Below are positions 1 to 9,869 of a stretch of DNA of 64,000 bases, in pieces. Source of the stretch: Candidatus Poribacteria bacterium (GTDB lineage Bacteria > Poribacteria > WGA-4E > PCPOR2b); assembly GCA_965116925.1 (NCBI GenBank), contig OZ220744.1:1472001-1536000 (forward strand), written 5' to 3'. The stretch's first letter is position 1. Each line of letters begins with the position of its first letter. Both the position numbers and the translations under genes were made by a program. Under the pieces are notes generated by a model. The model was given only the letters and a program-made list of their open reading frames with translations. It was not told the origin of the DNA and did no database searches.

Positions 1-1
1 G

Positions 2-601
2 CATATTGAGCGCACGAAGATGCTTCTCCACATCATTGATGCTGCCGCCGTCGATGGACGCGATCCAATCACCGATTACGAACAGATTAATACAGAACTC
101 GAACGATATAATCCCCGTTTAATCCGCCTGCCACAGTTAATTGTCCTCAATAAAATCGACCTTCCTGATGCTCAGACCAATTTGCAGCAAGTCAAAGATT
201 ATTTCGGAAAACGTCGTGTCTTTCCAATCTCTGCGGTTACCGGCGAAGGAATAGACCGACTCATCAGAGCAGCCTATCAGCTTTTGCAGCGGATAAATGA
301 ACGTATCCGCGAACGCCAAGAAACTGTGGAACCGCAACCGACCTTCTACCTCCCCAAGCCTAGCGAGCGATTTGAACTCATCACGCGGGCAGATCGTTTT
401 ATTGTGCGTGGCGAGGAACCGCGTCGCGCCGTTCTCATGACCGATATGGAAAATGATCAGGCACTGGTTCTCCTCCATCGAAAACTGAAAAAAATGGGCG
501 TCCTGAATGCGCTCATCAAAGCTGGTATCACGGCAGGCGATACTGTTCAAGTCGATACCTTTGAATTTACGTTCAGCCCTGATGAAATCAACACAAATTG
601 A
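2..601 (+). CDS. obgE: GTPase ObgE, C-terminal part (5' truncated by window edge)
   Basis: HIERTKMLLHIID, NKID (G4) and ISA (G5) motifs plus the C-terminal OCT domain (L.KMGV..AL..AG...GD.V); lies upstream of proB, the usual synteny. Confidence 0.93.
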   Translation, partial: HIERTKMLLHIIDAAAVDGRDPITDYEQINTELERYNPRLIRLPQLIVLNKIDLPDAQTNLQQVKDYFGKRRVFPISAVTGEGIDRLIRAAYQLLQRINERIRERQETVEPQPTFYLPKPSERFELITRADRFIVRGEEPRRAVLMTDMENDQALVLLHRKLKKMGVLNALIKAGITAGDTVQVDTFEFTFSPDEINTN

Positions 602-1730
602 ACCTCGTCAACTGTTAGCACGTACTCGACGCGTTGTCGTGAAGGTTGGCAGCACAACCGTTTCAAAGAACTTCGATCTTGATTCCGATCGTCTAGATGC
701 CTTGGTACAAGATCTTGCCTTGGTAAAACAAAGGGGTAAAGAGATTATCCTCGTTACCTCTGGTGCGATCGCTGCGGGTACGGGCAGATTGGGGCTCACG
801 CAACGCCCGCAAACACTCCCCGGATTGCAGGCAGCGGCATCGGTCGGACAGACTCGCTTGATGCACGCTTATGAGCATCGGTTTTCGCAATACAACCAGA
901 TTACAGGGACGATGCTGCTGACGCAGGATGACTTCAATTTCCGCGAACGCTATACACATATGAGCAATACATTACGTGCTCTTCTGCGGCTTGGCGTCCT
1001 TCCCATCATCAACGAAAATGATACTGTAGCGGTAGAGGAGATTAAGGTTGGCGACAACGATACGTTAGCGGCATATGTAACGAATCTCGCAGAAGCGGAC
1101 CTGCTAATTATCTTGTCGGATCAGGATGGGTTTTATACCGCAGATCCCCGCAGAGACCCGGACGCCAAATTAATTAGCCTTGTTTATGACGTTACTGATG
1201 AACTCAAACGTTCAGCCGGAAATGCGGGCAGCCAGAGCGGCACCGGGGGTATGGCTACAAAACTACACGCTGCTGAAATTGTGACCGGATCAGGTGAGAT
1301 GATGGTGCTTGCAAATGGCACCGAACCCCAAATCATTAACCGAATTTTAGCGGGTGAAAAGGTCGGGACCCTCTTCCTCCCACAGGAGCGGATGTCAGGA
1401 CGGAAACGCTGGATTGCCTATTCACGCCCTCCGAAAGGTCGTCTGTTTGTAGACAACGGTGCACGTCGTGCTTTGGTCCATCACGGTAGAAGCCTACTCC
1501 CCTCCGGGATTCAGCGAGTAGAGGGAAACTTCAATCACGGGGACACTGTCTCTTGTCAAGACGAAGACGGTGTCGAACTCGCCAGAGGACTTGTTAATTA
1601 TAACACTCACGATTTGAAACGGATTATGGGCAAACAGACCAGCGAAATTGAAAAGGTTCTCGGCTACTACTATTATAACGAAGTGATTCATCGGGATAAT
1701 TTGGTTGTGATGCACAGGGTTGAAACGTGA
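582..1730 (+). CDS. proB: Glutamate 5-kinase with PUA domain
   Basis: VVVKVGS, SGAIAAG, NENDTV, GDNDTL, GTGGMATK motifs; C-terminal PUA domain; start taken at ATG 582. Confidence 0.95.
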   Translation: MKSTQIEPRQLLARTRRVVVKVGSTTVSKNFDLDSDRLDALVQDLALVKQRGKEIILVTSGAIAAGTGRLGLTQRPQTLPGLQAAASVGQTRLMHAYEHRFSQYNQITGTMLLTQDDFNFRERYTHMSNTLRALLRLGVLPIINENDTVAVEEIKVGDNDTLAAYVTNLAEADLLIILSDQDGFYTADPRRDPDAKLISLVYDVTDELKRSAGNAGSQSGTGGMATKLHAAEIVTGSGEMMVLANGTEPQIINRILAGEKVGTLFLPQERMSGRKRWIAYSRPPKGRLFVDNGARRALVHHGRSLLPSGIQRVEGNFNHGDTVSCQDEDGVELARGLVNYNTHDLKRIMGKQTSEIEKVLGYYYYNEVIHRDNLVVMHRVET

Positions 1731-1803
1731 GAAGCGTATGACACTCAATCCAGAATATCCGACAGCAACAAAGCCAACCGTGATAGTGGAGGAGGAATAG
1801 GAC

Positions 1804-1841
1804 AAAAAACGGGCTTCAAAGATTAAATCTCTGAAGCCCGT
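1804..1841 (-). terminator. Intrinsic terminator downstream of the peroxiredoxin gene (between convergent genes)
   Basis: ACGGGCTTCA...TGAAGCCCGT stem followed by a 6-U tract on the minus strand. Confidence 0.85.
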
Positions 1842-1881
1842 CGATTACTGCTGTATTTCAGATTGGATTTGAAATACCGAT

Positions 1882-2349
1882 TTAGCTTAATTTATCAAGT
1901 TCACTCAGTACCTGATTCACGGCAAGGGTGTTGTCCGGTGGTGCATCTTCGACGTGCTTGAAAGCGATATTGCCTTCTGTATCAATGATGATAACACCGC
2001 GGTTCGTGATGCCGACCTCTTCAAGTGCCATCCCAAACTGTTTTGATACTTCAAGATTCATGTCGGCAAGGAGTGGGAACTTAACGCCGCCCAGATCCTC
2101 GCTCCACGCTTTATGTGCAAACGCTGAATCACGGTTTATCGCAATAATCTCAGCATTTTTTGCGCGAATCTCATCAACCTTTTCATTAAAATCGGGAATC
2201 TGTTCAGAGCAAACCGGCGAGAAGTCGAGCGGATAAAATATCACCACTAGATTCTTCCCTTTGAAGTTGTCTAGAGAAACCTCTGTGTCCTCGGAACCGA
2301 GAGTGCCTGTCAGTGTAAAATCAGGTGCAGCACTTCCTACATTTGCCAT
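1882..2349 (-). CDS. Peroxiredoxin (AhpC/TSA family, single Cys)
   Basis: FYPLDFSPVC peroxidatic motif, FPLLAD, RGVIIID; GGAGG RBS. Confidence 0.92.
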   Translation of the reverse strand: MANVGSAAPDFTLTGTLGSEDTEVSLDNFKGKNLVVIFYPLDFSPVCSEQIPDFNEKVDEIRAKNAEIIAINRDSAFAHKAWSEDLGGVKFPLLADMNLEVSKQFGMALEEVGITNRGVIIIDTEGNIAFKHVEDAPPDNTLAVNQVLSELDKLS

Positions 2350-2418
2350 ATAAGCAACCTCCTTCTAAACATTTGATGTTGTGGTTCAATAGTTGGTACA
2401 GTTATATTTGCAGCGCAA

Positions 2419-2447
2419 AGTCTATCACAAATTCATAGAAGTGTCAA
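2419..2447 (-). promoter_or_regulatory. Sigma70-type promoter for the peroxiredoxin gene
   Basis: TTGACA-N17-TAGACT on the minus strand. Confidence 0.6.
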
Positions 2448-2466
2448 GTGGAGAGTCAGGCTATTA

Positions 2467-2585
2467 GGGGCATTTAGTTTTTGGTTTTTTGACCGGTTTT
2501 GGAACGACCCGAACCCGTAGGCGGGGCATCTTGCCCCGCCGTTGCATTAACCAAGACATCGAGCTACGGAAGAATTAAATGACCC
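2467..2585. mobile_element. MITE family A (119 bp, TA-flanked) with internal GTAG-REP hairpin
   Basis: Imperfect TIRs GGGGCATTTAGTT / AATTAAATGACCC with TA on both sides; internal GTAGGCGGGGCATCTTGCCCCGCC; near-identical inverted copy at 63893-64000. Confidence 0.8.
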
Positions 2586-2663
2586 TATCAGGCTATAAAT
2601 ACTTGAACTTTCGCAAGATAGAGGTAGGACAGATAAATTGTTTGCAGGTTATGTTTTTCGTGC

Positions 2664-2939
2664 TCATCCCTTGTTGATGAGCCACCGCCGCCATCGATGC
2701 CACATCAATTTTCGTTTGAGGATTTTCACATGGATCCGATGCACAAACAGCTGTTTCCCTTCCAATTCAAGCACGGGAATTAGCTCTTTATATTTTGTGA
2801 ATAGCCCCAAGTTCGCCGTGATGTCAATTTCTTCGATTTGGATTGGACACTGCGCTGCAAGTAGTTCAAGTGATTCCTTCGCTTCATCGCAAAGCGGGCA
2901 ATCCGCTTTCGTGTAAAGTTGGAGTTTGATTTTATCCAT
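2664..2939 (-). CDS. Glutaredoxin-like protein (DUF836-type)
   Basis: YTKADCPLCDEA CxxC motif and IPVL; 91 aa. Confidence 0.85.
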   Translation of the reverse strand: MDKIKLQLYTKADCPLCDEAKESLELLAAQCPIQIEEIDITANLGLFTKYKELIPVLELEGKQLFVHRIHVKILKRKLMWHRWRRWLINKG

Positions 2940-3063
2940 TAGTTGGATCCCTCAGATTTTATGGCGGTGTATTGGGCTGATTGAGCGATGGGCGGATAGG
3001 CAGCAATCGGATACATCTCTATTTTCGCAGAAGTATGTTTCAGCGTCAAACCTTTTTAGCGTC

Positions 3064-3180
3064 GGGCTATTCAGTTTTCGGCTTTTTAACCCTTTTGTTT
3101 GAAAAACCACAACCGGGAAATCGTACCTACAGTGAGGTGTCGGGATTCGGCGATCCCTCCTACAGTAAAACTAAATGCCC
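3064..3180. mobile_element. MITE family A variant with a different REP cargo
   Basis: Ends GGGCTATTCAGTTTT...AAAACTAAATGCCC(TA) resemble family A TIRs; internal minus-strand GTAGGAGGGATCGCCGAATCCCGA hairpin. Confidence 0.6.
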
Positions 3181-3201
3181 TAATTTTTACATCATTCTGG
3201 C

Positions 3202-3230
3202 TTGACATGCGGGCTGCCATGCAGTATAAT
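3202..3230 (+). promoter_or_regulatory. Consensus sigma70 promoter for the argF-like operon
   Basis: TTGACA-N17-TATAAT, perfect consensus, 30 nt before ATG 3261. Confidence 0.85.
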
Positions 3231-3260
3231 CAGGGCTTTCAAACTTTTGGGAGATCTATC

Positions 3261-4175
3261 ATGAATCTTGTTTCACTAAAAAACTGGTCTACAGAGGATA
3301 TTATTGAGGTTGTTGAGGGCAGCATCGCAATCAAAAACAATCCAGAACGATATGCGGATACTACCAGTCGGCGTAGTCTCGCTATGCTATTCCAGAAGAC
3401 CTCAACCCGAACCCGCTGTGCTGGGGAAGTCGGTATGACTCAATTGGGTGGCCATGCAGTTTATCTGGATTGGCGTACCACTAATTTCGCGCTTGCTGAC
3501 TTACGCGATGAAATTCGTGTGCTATCGGCTTACTCAGACCTTATTCTCGCTCGTTTTCTCAAACATACGGATGTCGCCAAGGCAGCCGGGAGCGCGACGG
3601 TTCCAGTTATCAACGGGTGCTGCGACCGTTATCATCCGACACAAGCACTCGGTGACTTGATGACCATACAGGAAAAATTTGGACGTATTGAAGGGATTAA
3701 ACTCACTTACATTGGAGTGCACAATAACGTATGCAATTCATTGATTACTGCCGGGCTAAAGGTGGGAATGGAAGTAACTGTCGTTGCGCCGGAGATGAAT
3801 CCTGCAGCTGTTGATGAGGAGCTTTATGAAGCAGCACGTAGAGCAGGCACTTATAAAACATCAGATCAGCTCCACCAAGCGATTGCACATAGCGACATTG
3901 TGTATACGGACACATGGGTTGATATGGAGTTTTTCACGGATCCAGCGTTTAAGGAGGAGAAGGAACGACGCATTAAGACACTTTCCCCGTATCAGTTGAA
4001 CGCAGAGTTACTCGCAGGGCAGGATGTTCTCGTTATGCACTGTTTGCCCGCCCACCGTGGTTATGAGATTTCCGGTGAAATTGTTGAAGACCCAAGATCG
4101 ATTATGTTCGATCAATCGGAGAACCGACTCCATAGTATGAAGGGATTAATACTGAAACTGTTGGGAGGCCTATGA
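3261..4175 (+). CDS. argF: Ornithine carbamoyltransferase family protein
   Basis: STRTR, HPTQ and HCLP motifs; start at ATG 3261 (the track's upstream extension runs through a MITE and the promoter). Confidence 0.85.
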   Translation: MNLVSLKNWSTEDIIEVVEGSIAIKNNPERYADTTSRRSLAMLFQKTSTRTRCAGEVGMTQLGGHAVYLDWRTTNFALADLRDEIRVLSAYSDLILARFLKHTDVAKAAGSATVPVINGCCDRYHPTQALGDLMTIQEKFGRIEGIKLTYIGVHNNVCNSLITAGLKVGMEVTVVAPEMNPAAVDEELYEAARRAGTYKTSDQLHQAIAHSDIVYTDTWVDMEFFTDPAFKEEKERRIKTLSPYQLNAELLAGQDVLVMHCLPAHRGYEISGEIVEDPRSIMFDQSENRLHSMKGLILKLLGGL

Positions 4176-5320
4176 GTTATTTCACTCATCTCGAATGCAG
4201 CCGTTGCGCCCAAACCTATGATCTCAACGTTCCACAGAACTTGTGCACGAAGTGCGGCAAACCGCTATTTTCGCGTTATGCGTTGGATAAGATCGCTCAA
4301 ACTTGGGATAAATCTTCCCTTTTGGAACGTGAGGCATCAATGTGGCGATATGCTGAACTCCTTCCTGTGATTGACTCATGCAATATTGTTTCCCTCAATG
4401 AGCCAATGACGCCGCTCCTACCAGCACAACGGCTCGCCGCCTTTTTTGGAATTGGAGCGTTGTGGGTGAAAGATGAGTCCCGTCTACCGACCGGCAGTTT
4501 TAAGGCACGCGGATTGGCAATGGCAGTTTCCAAAGCCAAAGAGCTCGGTTTGACCAAACTCGCGATCCCGTCTGCCGGTAATGCGGCGACTGCCCTATCT
4601 AGCTACGCTGCCCAAGCGGGCATGGAGGCGTATATCTTTATGCCTCAAGATGCTCCCCCGTTTAATCGTAACACTTGTCAACTGGCGGGCGCAGATGTTA
4701 CGCTTATTGACGGATTGATTACGGATGCGGGAAAAGTCGTTGCCGAGCGTAAGGAAGATGAAGGGTGGTTTGATGTTTCAACGCTCAAAGAGCCGTATCG
4801 CGTTGAGGGGAAGAAGACGATGGGGCTTGAGATTGCGGAACAGTTCAATTGGGAGCTTCCTGATGCTATCATCTACCCGACAGGTGGAGGTACGGGGATC
4901 GTCGGAATGTGGAAGGTATTTCAGGAGTTGGAAACTATCGGATGGATTGACGAAAAACGTCCGCGTATGATCTCTGTACAATCAGCGGGCTGCGCTCCAA
5001 TCGTCAAAGCGTGGCAGGAGGGTGCAGCTGAAGCCGAGTCGTGGTCAAACGCGCAGACAACCGCAGCAGGCTTGCGGGTGCCACAGGCTGTCGGTGATTT
5101 TCTGATTCTTGATGCTATCTATCAGAGCGGTGGGGCTGCAGTCGCTGTCAGCGATGATGAGATACGAGAGGCGATGGGGACCTTGGCGGCGCATGAAGGT
5201 ATTCTCGCTTGCCTTGAAGGCGCGGCAACGGTTGCCGGACTTCGCAAGCTGGTGGAGGCGGGGGAAATCCAACCCAAAGACAGAGTGGTGTTATTCAACA
5301 CAGGTGGGTATCAGGTGTAA
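4172..5320 (+). CDS. Threonine synthase family PLP enzyme
   Basis: N-terminal CxxC..CxxC, PTGSFKARG PLP lysine, SAGNAA, PTGGG; ATGA overlap with argF. Confidence 0.85.
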   Translation: MSYFTHLECSRCAQTYDLNVPQNLCTKCGKPLFSRYALDKIAQTWDKSSLLEREASMWRYAELLPVIDSCNIVSLNEPMTPLLPAQRLAAFFGIGALWVKDESRLPTGSFKARGLAMAVSKAKELGLTKLAIPSAGNAATALSSYAAQAGMEAYIFMPQDAPPFNRNTCQLAGADVTLIDGLITDAGKVVAERKEDEGWFDVSTLKEPYRVEGKKTMGLEIAEQFNWELPDAIIYPTGGGTGIVGMWKVFQELETIGWIDEKRPRMISVQSAGCAPIVKAWQEGAAEAESWSNAQTTAAGLRVPQAVGDFLILDAIYQSGGAAVAVSDDEIREAMGTLAAHEGILACLEGAATVAGLRKLVEAGEIQPKDRVVLFNTGGYQV

Positions 5321-5361
5321 ATCCTCCTGTCAACTTTTTATTCTACATATAAATAAAAACT

Positions 5362-6147
5362 ATGGACACAACAGCACCAATTCTTGAAATTACCAACCTG
5401 AGCAAGCATTTTGGTGGCGTGACCGCCGTGTCAAATGTCGATATATCTGTGCACCAAGGGCAGATCGCCAGTCTCATTGGTCCTAACGGTGCCGGAAAAA
5501 CGACACTTTTTAACTGTATCACAGGGCTGGAGCCTCCAACCGAAGGGAGTGTCAAGTTTCAAAATCGAAATATTGTTGGTTTGCGTCCGGATCAGATTGC
5601 GGAAATTGGAATGGCGCGGACATTTCAAAACATCCGCCTATTTTCTGAACTGACGGTTTTGGATAATGTGAAAATCGGCAGGCACTGCCGGTCAAAAAGC
5701 CGCCTCTGGAACTCAATCAGTCGTAACCAAAAACAGCGTCAAGAAGAATCTCACATTACGTCATATGCGTTTCAACAACTCAGTTTCGTTGGGTTGGATG
5801 GATTTAGGGACCAACTCGCCGGCAATCTTTCCTATGGAGATCAGCGGCGGGTTGAAATTGCGCGGGCGTTAGCGATGGGACCAGCACTGCTGCTTTTGGA
5901 TGAACCCGCGGCGGGAATGAACCCACAGGAAACACAACAGTTGATAGAGCTTATCCATGCCATCCGTGAACAAGGAATCACGATTCTGCTGATCGAACAT
6001 GACATGAAACTGGTCATGGAAATCTCAGAATGGGTCACTGTAATCGCGCAGGGTGAAAAGATTAGTGCCGGCGAGCCGGAAGCCGTCCAAAACGATGAGC
6101 GTGTTATCAAAGCATACCTTGGGGAATCTTACGATGCTCAAACTTAA
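5362..6147 (+). CDS. livG: Branched-chain amino acid ABC transporter ATPase
   Basis: GPNGAGKTT, ARTFQNIRLF, LSYGDQRR, LDEPAAG. Confidence 0.92.
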   Translation: MDTTAPILEITNLSKHFGGVTAVSNVDISVHQGQIASLIGPNGAGKTTLFNCITGLEPPTEGSVKFQNRNIVGLRPDQIAEIGMARTFQNIRLFSELTVLDNVKIGRHCRSKSRLWNSISRNQKQRQEESHITSYAFQQLSFVGLDGFRDQLAGNLSYGDQRRVEIARALAMGPALLLLDEPAAGMNPQETQQLIELIHAIREQGITILLIEHDMKLVMEISEWVTVIAQGEKISAGEPEAVQNDERVIKAYLGESYDAQT

Positions 6148-6838
6148 CGAGATTCACACCTACTACGGCAATATTCGGGCTATCAGAGGCGTCTCACTTT
6201 ACGTCGAAGAGGGGGAAATGGTCTGTCTGATTGGAGCCAATGGGGCGGGCAAATCAACGACGCTGATGACGATATCGGGTATTCATCACCCCGCGCAAGG
6301 GACCATTACCTTCGAGGGGGACGATCTAACTACAACCACAGCGGAAAAGCGTGTTGAATTGGGCATTTCGCAGGTCCCCGAAGGGCGGCTTATCTTTCCT
6401 GAAATGACGGTGTTAGAAAATCTTGAACTTGGCGCATTCTTGCGCAGGGATACCGCCGTCATCAGAGAGGATCTTGATCGAGTGTTCGATCTTTTTCCGG
6501 TTTTGCGGGAGCGCAGAGCGCAGCAGGGAGGTACATTAAGCGGTGGTGAGCAGCAGATGCTGGCTATTGGTCGTGCGCTCATGTCACATCCCCGTCTCCT
6601 GCTGCTTGATGAACCTTCGCTTGGACTTGCACCACTTCTGGTTGAGCAAATTTTCGAGATAATCCAGGAGATTAACAAACAAGGAACGACTATTCTTCTG
6701 GTTGAGCAGAACGCGTATCTCGCCTTACAGACTACCCATCGCGGCTACGTTATGGAGACCGGGGAGATAGCAATTGAAGGCACATCATCGGAACTTCTGA
6801 ACGATGCACGAGTACGGGAGGCGTATTTGGGGGAATAG
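6134..6838 (+). CDS. livF: Branched-chain amino acid ABC transporter ATPase
   Basis: GANGAGKST, VPEGR, LSGGEQQM, DEPSLGLAP; start at ATG 6134. Confidence 0.92.
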   Translation: MLKLNEIHTYYGNIRAIRGVSLYVEEGEMVCLIGANGAGKSTTLMTISGIHHPAQGTITFEGDDLTTTTAEKRVELGISQVPEGRLIFPEMTVLENLELGAFLRRDTAVIREDLDRVFDLFPVLRERRAQQGGTLSGGEQQMLAIGRALMSHPRLLLLDEPSLGLAPLLVEQIFEIIQEINKQGTTILLVEQNAYLALQTTHRGYVMETGEIAIEGTSSELLNDARVREAYLGE

Positions 6839-6872
6839 CGGCGAGGTGGGACGGCTCATTTTCGGCTGTGAG

Positions 6873-6971
6873 TGTTGGGTTTCACTTTTGCTGCTGTAAG
6901 AACGTCGTGTTGGGGGCAAAAACTTGACTGGCGTTGATAGTGAGCTCCTTTCAGGCGTTCAACCCAACCTA
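6873..6971. repeat. REP/REPIN-like inverted repeat between convergent genes
   Basis: GTTGGGTTTCAC...GTTCAACCCAACCTA arms about 75 nt apart; the minus-strand TAG of the repeat doubles as the stop codon of the PhyH gene. Confidence 0.55.
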
Positions 6972-7934
6972 TCTATCTTCTAGCCGTGTCCAACCCCGTC
7001 CGGGATGGAATGCTCCCGCTCCCTGAAAGCGTTCTCGGATTCTACGAAATTCTTCTGGGCTGCGAACCTCTTGCTCCGGGGCTTCGGGATTACGCAGGAC
7101 AAAATCGGCTTCTGGTGGGTAACACGCCATCGTAACAGTTTCTCGCTCCGGTGTATAGGATTCAGGACCTTCGTCTGCGTTGTTTGGGGCTTCAGCGTTT
7201 TGATACCGCAGATCCACACTCCAACGTACCTGATCGCTGTGATTTTCAAACGAGGCGTGCGGCGTTAGGTTGGTCAAGAATAGCACATCTCCTGCCTTCA
7301 TCTCCATCGGAATAGGTCCTGTATCTGGAAATTCATCGGTAGGCACCTCAAGGTATCCACCATGCCCCCCGGTATAATGTCGAAAAACTCCCCCCCGATG
7401 TACCTTCGGCATCACATAGAGACAGCCGTTATTCACGGTCGAATCAATTAGAGGAATCCAGCAGGTGACGAGCAGGTGTTTATCACAGTGGGGAAGAAAA
7501 TAACCAGAGTCTTGATGCCACGGCACCTCACCGCGTTCCCATTCCGGCAGCTTTGGGCGAATACGATACGCCGAAGCACCGATAATGGTGGGACCGATAA
7601 GGCTTTCGACACAAGACAGTAAAGGCGGGTGGGTGAGCATACCGAACATCGATTCTCCACTAAAACCGCCACCACCTGATCCCATGACACCTTTGGTAAT
7701 CTCTACTGCAGCGTCGAGGTTGGACTTTCTGATACGTCCCAGACGGTTACCGAACGGTTCGTCAGGAAAAATGTCTTCCAACACACCCTCAGATTGTATG
7801 CGCTTTGCTTCTGTATCGACTATTTCGCTAAGGGCATCTTGGATTGGTTGTAGGGCTTCCATCGAAAAGACAGCAGATTTCACCACATAGCCTTCTTCAT
7901 TAAACTGTTGCAATTCTGTGTTGGTGAGGCTCAT
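6969..7934 (-). CDS. Phytanoyl-CoA dioxygenase (PhyH) family Fe(II)/2OG oxygenase
   Basis: PWHQD...H iron triad, WIPL, NGCL, RWSVDLRY; AAGGAG RBS before ATG 7934. Confidence 0.9.
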   Translation of the reverse strand: MSLTNTELQQFNEEGYVVKSAVFSMEALQPIQDALSEIVDTEAKRIQSEGVLEDIFPDEPFGNRLGRIRKSNLDAAVEITKGVMGSGGGGFSGESMFGMLTHPPLLSCVESLIGPTIIGASAYRIRPKLPEWERGEVPWHQDSGYFLPHCDKHLLVTCWIPLIDSTVNNGCLYVMPKVHRGGVFRHYTGGHGGYLEVPTDEFPDTGPIPMEMKAGDVLFLTNLTPHASFENHSDQVRWSVDLRYQNAEAPNNADEGPESYTPERETVTMACYPPEADFVLRNPEAPEQEVRSPEEFRRIRERFQGAGAFHPGRGWTRLEDR

Positions 7935-8036
7935 CAATATCTCCTTCAAGGCTAGTTGAGTCCGTTTTGGCAGTTTTTCAAAATAATTAAAGATAAGTTT
8001 ACCAAAGTCAGATTAAAAAAGGCAAGCAGGAAAAAT

Positions 8037-9869
8037 ATGAGCAAAAAACAGACATGGGATGTCATTGTTGTGCGGGACGTTATGGTGCCCATGCGGGATG
8101 GCGTGAATCTGGTCGCAGATCTCTACTTTCCTGCGGAACATGGTCGTCCGTTGGAGGGCAAACTCCCCGCCGTTTTACAGCGAACTCCTTACAAGAAGGA
8201 AAGTTATGAGAACATGGGGAGTTTCTTCGCGGAGCACGGTTATCTATCGGTGGTGCAGGACTGTCGTGGTCGCTTCAAATCTGGTGGCGATTTTTTCCCG
8301 TTTCGGGATGAGCCGCAAGATGGCTATGACACTGTGGTATGGCTTGCAGACCATCCCTCTTGCAACGGGAAGGTAGGTATGTATGGTTGTTCGCACATGG
8401 CATGGGTACAGTTCCACGCAGCGACGCAGAACCCGCCGGGATTAGCCACAATAATCCCGTATGAAGGTCCCATCAATGCGTATCATTACAGTATGCGTGT
8501 GGGCGGTGCGCTGCATCTGGGGCTTTTGAAGTGGATTCTTGAAACGGCAATAACCAGCCAAGAGGCACAACAGAATCCCGCTATCGCCGAAGCAGTTCGG
8601 ACGATGAGTTCGGGTCAGAACTTTCTGAACTGGGCTTCTCGGATCCCGTGGCAACGTGGACAGACACCGCTTAGCATTGTGCCCAAATATGAAGATGCTG
8701 CCTTTCAGTTGTATTTTGAACATTACGACTATACGGACTTTTGGCGTCAACCCGGCTTTGCGATGGACGAGTATTTTGAATGTTTTCCGGAGATTCCTAT
8801 CCTATGGGTCGTCGGTTGGTATGATTGGTATCCGCGCACCATTATCGACGGTTACCAGAAGATGGTGCAGATGGATCGAGAAAACCAGTATCTCCTCGTC
8901 GGTCCTTGGACGCATAACAACTTTAATTCGTTATGTGGGGATGTGAATTTTGGGGTAGCAGGAACCATTCACAACTACGACGATTTCTTAAATTTGGAGT
9001 TGGCATGGTTTGATCGCTGGCTCAAGGAGGATCAGAGTGCTGATATTGGAACGCCCGTCAAGGTATTTACGATGGGAGGTGGAGATGGAAGACGCGACAA
9101 TAACAGGAGACTAAAGCACGGTGGAGAATGGCATTACGGCGATATTTGGCCCCCTGAAAGTGTTCAGCCGACACCATTCTACCTACACCCAGATGGTGTG
9201 CTATCACAAGACAAACCGAGTCAGGAGAGCGCGTGGACGACCTACACTTATGATCCACGGAACACAGTTTCCAGCAATGGCCGTTGTATCATTCCCTATG
9301 GCCCAGCCGCCGAAGGAGGGTTCTCCGGGATGGGACCACGCGATCAGATTGATTTGGAAACCTTGCCGGGGCACGGCATTCCGGGTATGCCCATTGCTTC
9401 CCGTCCTGATGTATTGGTCTTCCAGACTCAACCTCTGTTTGAAAAAGTCCGAATTGCCGGAAACATAAAGGCTATTCTATATATATCATCAGATGCACCC
9501 GACACTGATTTTTTCGTGAAGCTGATTGATCTTTATCCCCCAAGCCCCGATTATCCGACGGGTTACGCCTTCCCGGTATCCGAAGGTATCCTCCGTGCAC
9601 GGTATCGGGAGGAGTGGGATACATCGAAGCCGATGGAGCCGGGAAAGATATATCAGATCGAGATCCCACTTGAACCATCAGCTAACCTATTTGCAGTGAA
9701 TCACAGGATTCGTATTGACATTTGTAGCAGCAATTTCCCAAACTTTGACATCAATCGCAACACCGGCGATCCAAATGATAGGCGATGGCATATCGCCGAA
9801 AACACTGTCTATCATGACATGAATCACGCTTCCCACATCGTGCTGCCCATATACCCACTTGGTTCTTAG
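8037..9869 (+). CDS. CocE/NonD family serine hydrolase
   Basis: MRDGV.L.ADLY, RTPY, QDCRGR..S.G, GCSH nucleophile elbow, GWYD, GPWTH, SSNFP. Confidence 0.92.
   Translation: MSKKQTWDVIVVRDVMVPMRDGVNLVADLYFPAEHGRPLEGKLPAVLQRTPYKKESYENMGSFFAEHGYLSVVQDCRGRFKSGGDFFPFRDEPQDGYDTVVWLADHPSCNGKVGMYGCSHMAWVQFHAATQNPPGLATIIPYEGPINAYHYSMRVGGALHLGLLKWILETAITSQEAQQNPAIAEAVRTMSSGQNFLNWASRIPWQRGQTPLSIVPKYEDAAFQLYFEHYDYTDFWRQPGFAMDEYFECFPEIPILWVVGWYDWYPRTIIDGYQKMVQMDRENQYLLVGPWTHNNFNSLCGDVNFGVAGTIHNYDDFLNLELAWFDRWLKEDQSADIGTPVKVFTMGGGDGRRDNNRRLKHGGEWHYGDIWPPESVQPTPFYLHPDGVLSQDKPSQESAWTTYTYDPRNTVSSNGRCIIPYGPAAEGGFSGMGPRDQIDLETLPGHGIPGMPIASRPDVLVFQTQPLFEKVRIAGNIKAILYISSDAPDTDFFVKLIDLYPPSPDYPTGYAFPVSEGILRARYREEWDTSKPMEPGKIYQIEIPLEPSANLFAVNHRIRIDICSSNFPNFDINRNTGDPNDRRWHIAENTVYHDMNHASHIVLPIYPLGS

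Noticed and set aside
3099..3260. N-terminal extension of the argF ORF
   Set aside because: Runs through a MITE and a perfect promoter; ATG 3261 has an RBS and matches the family start
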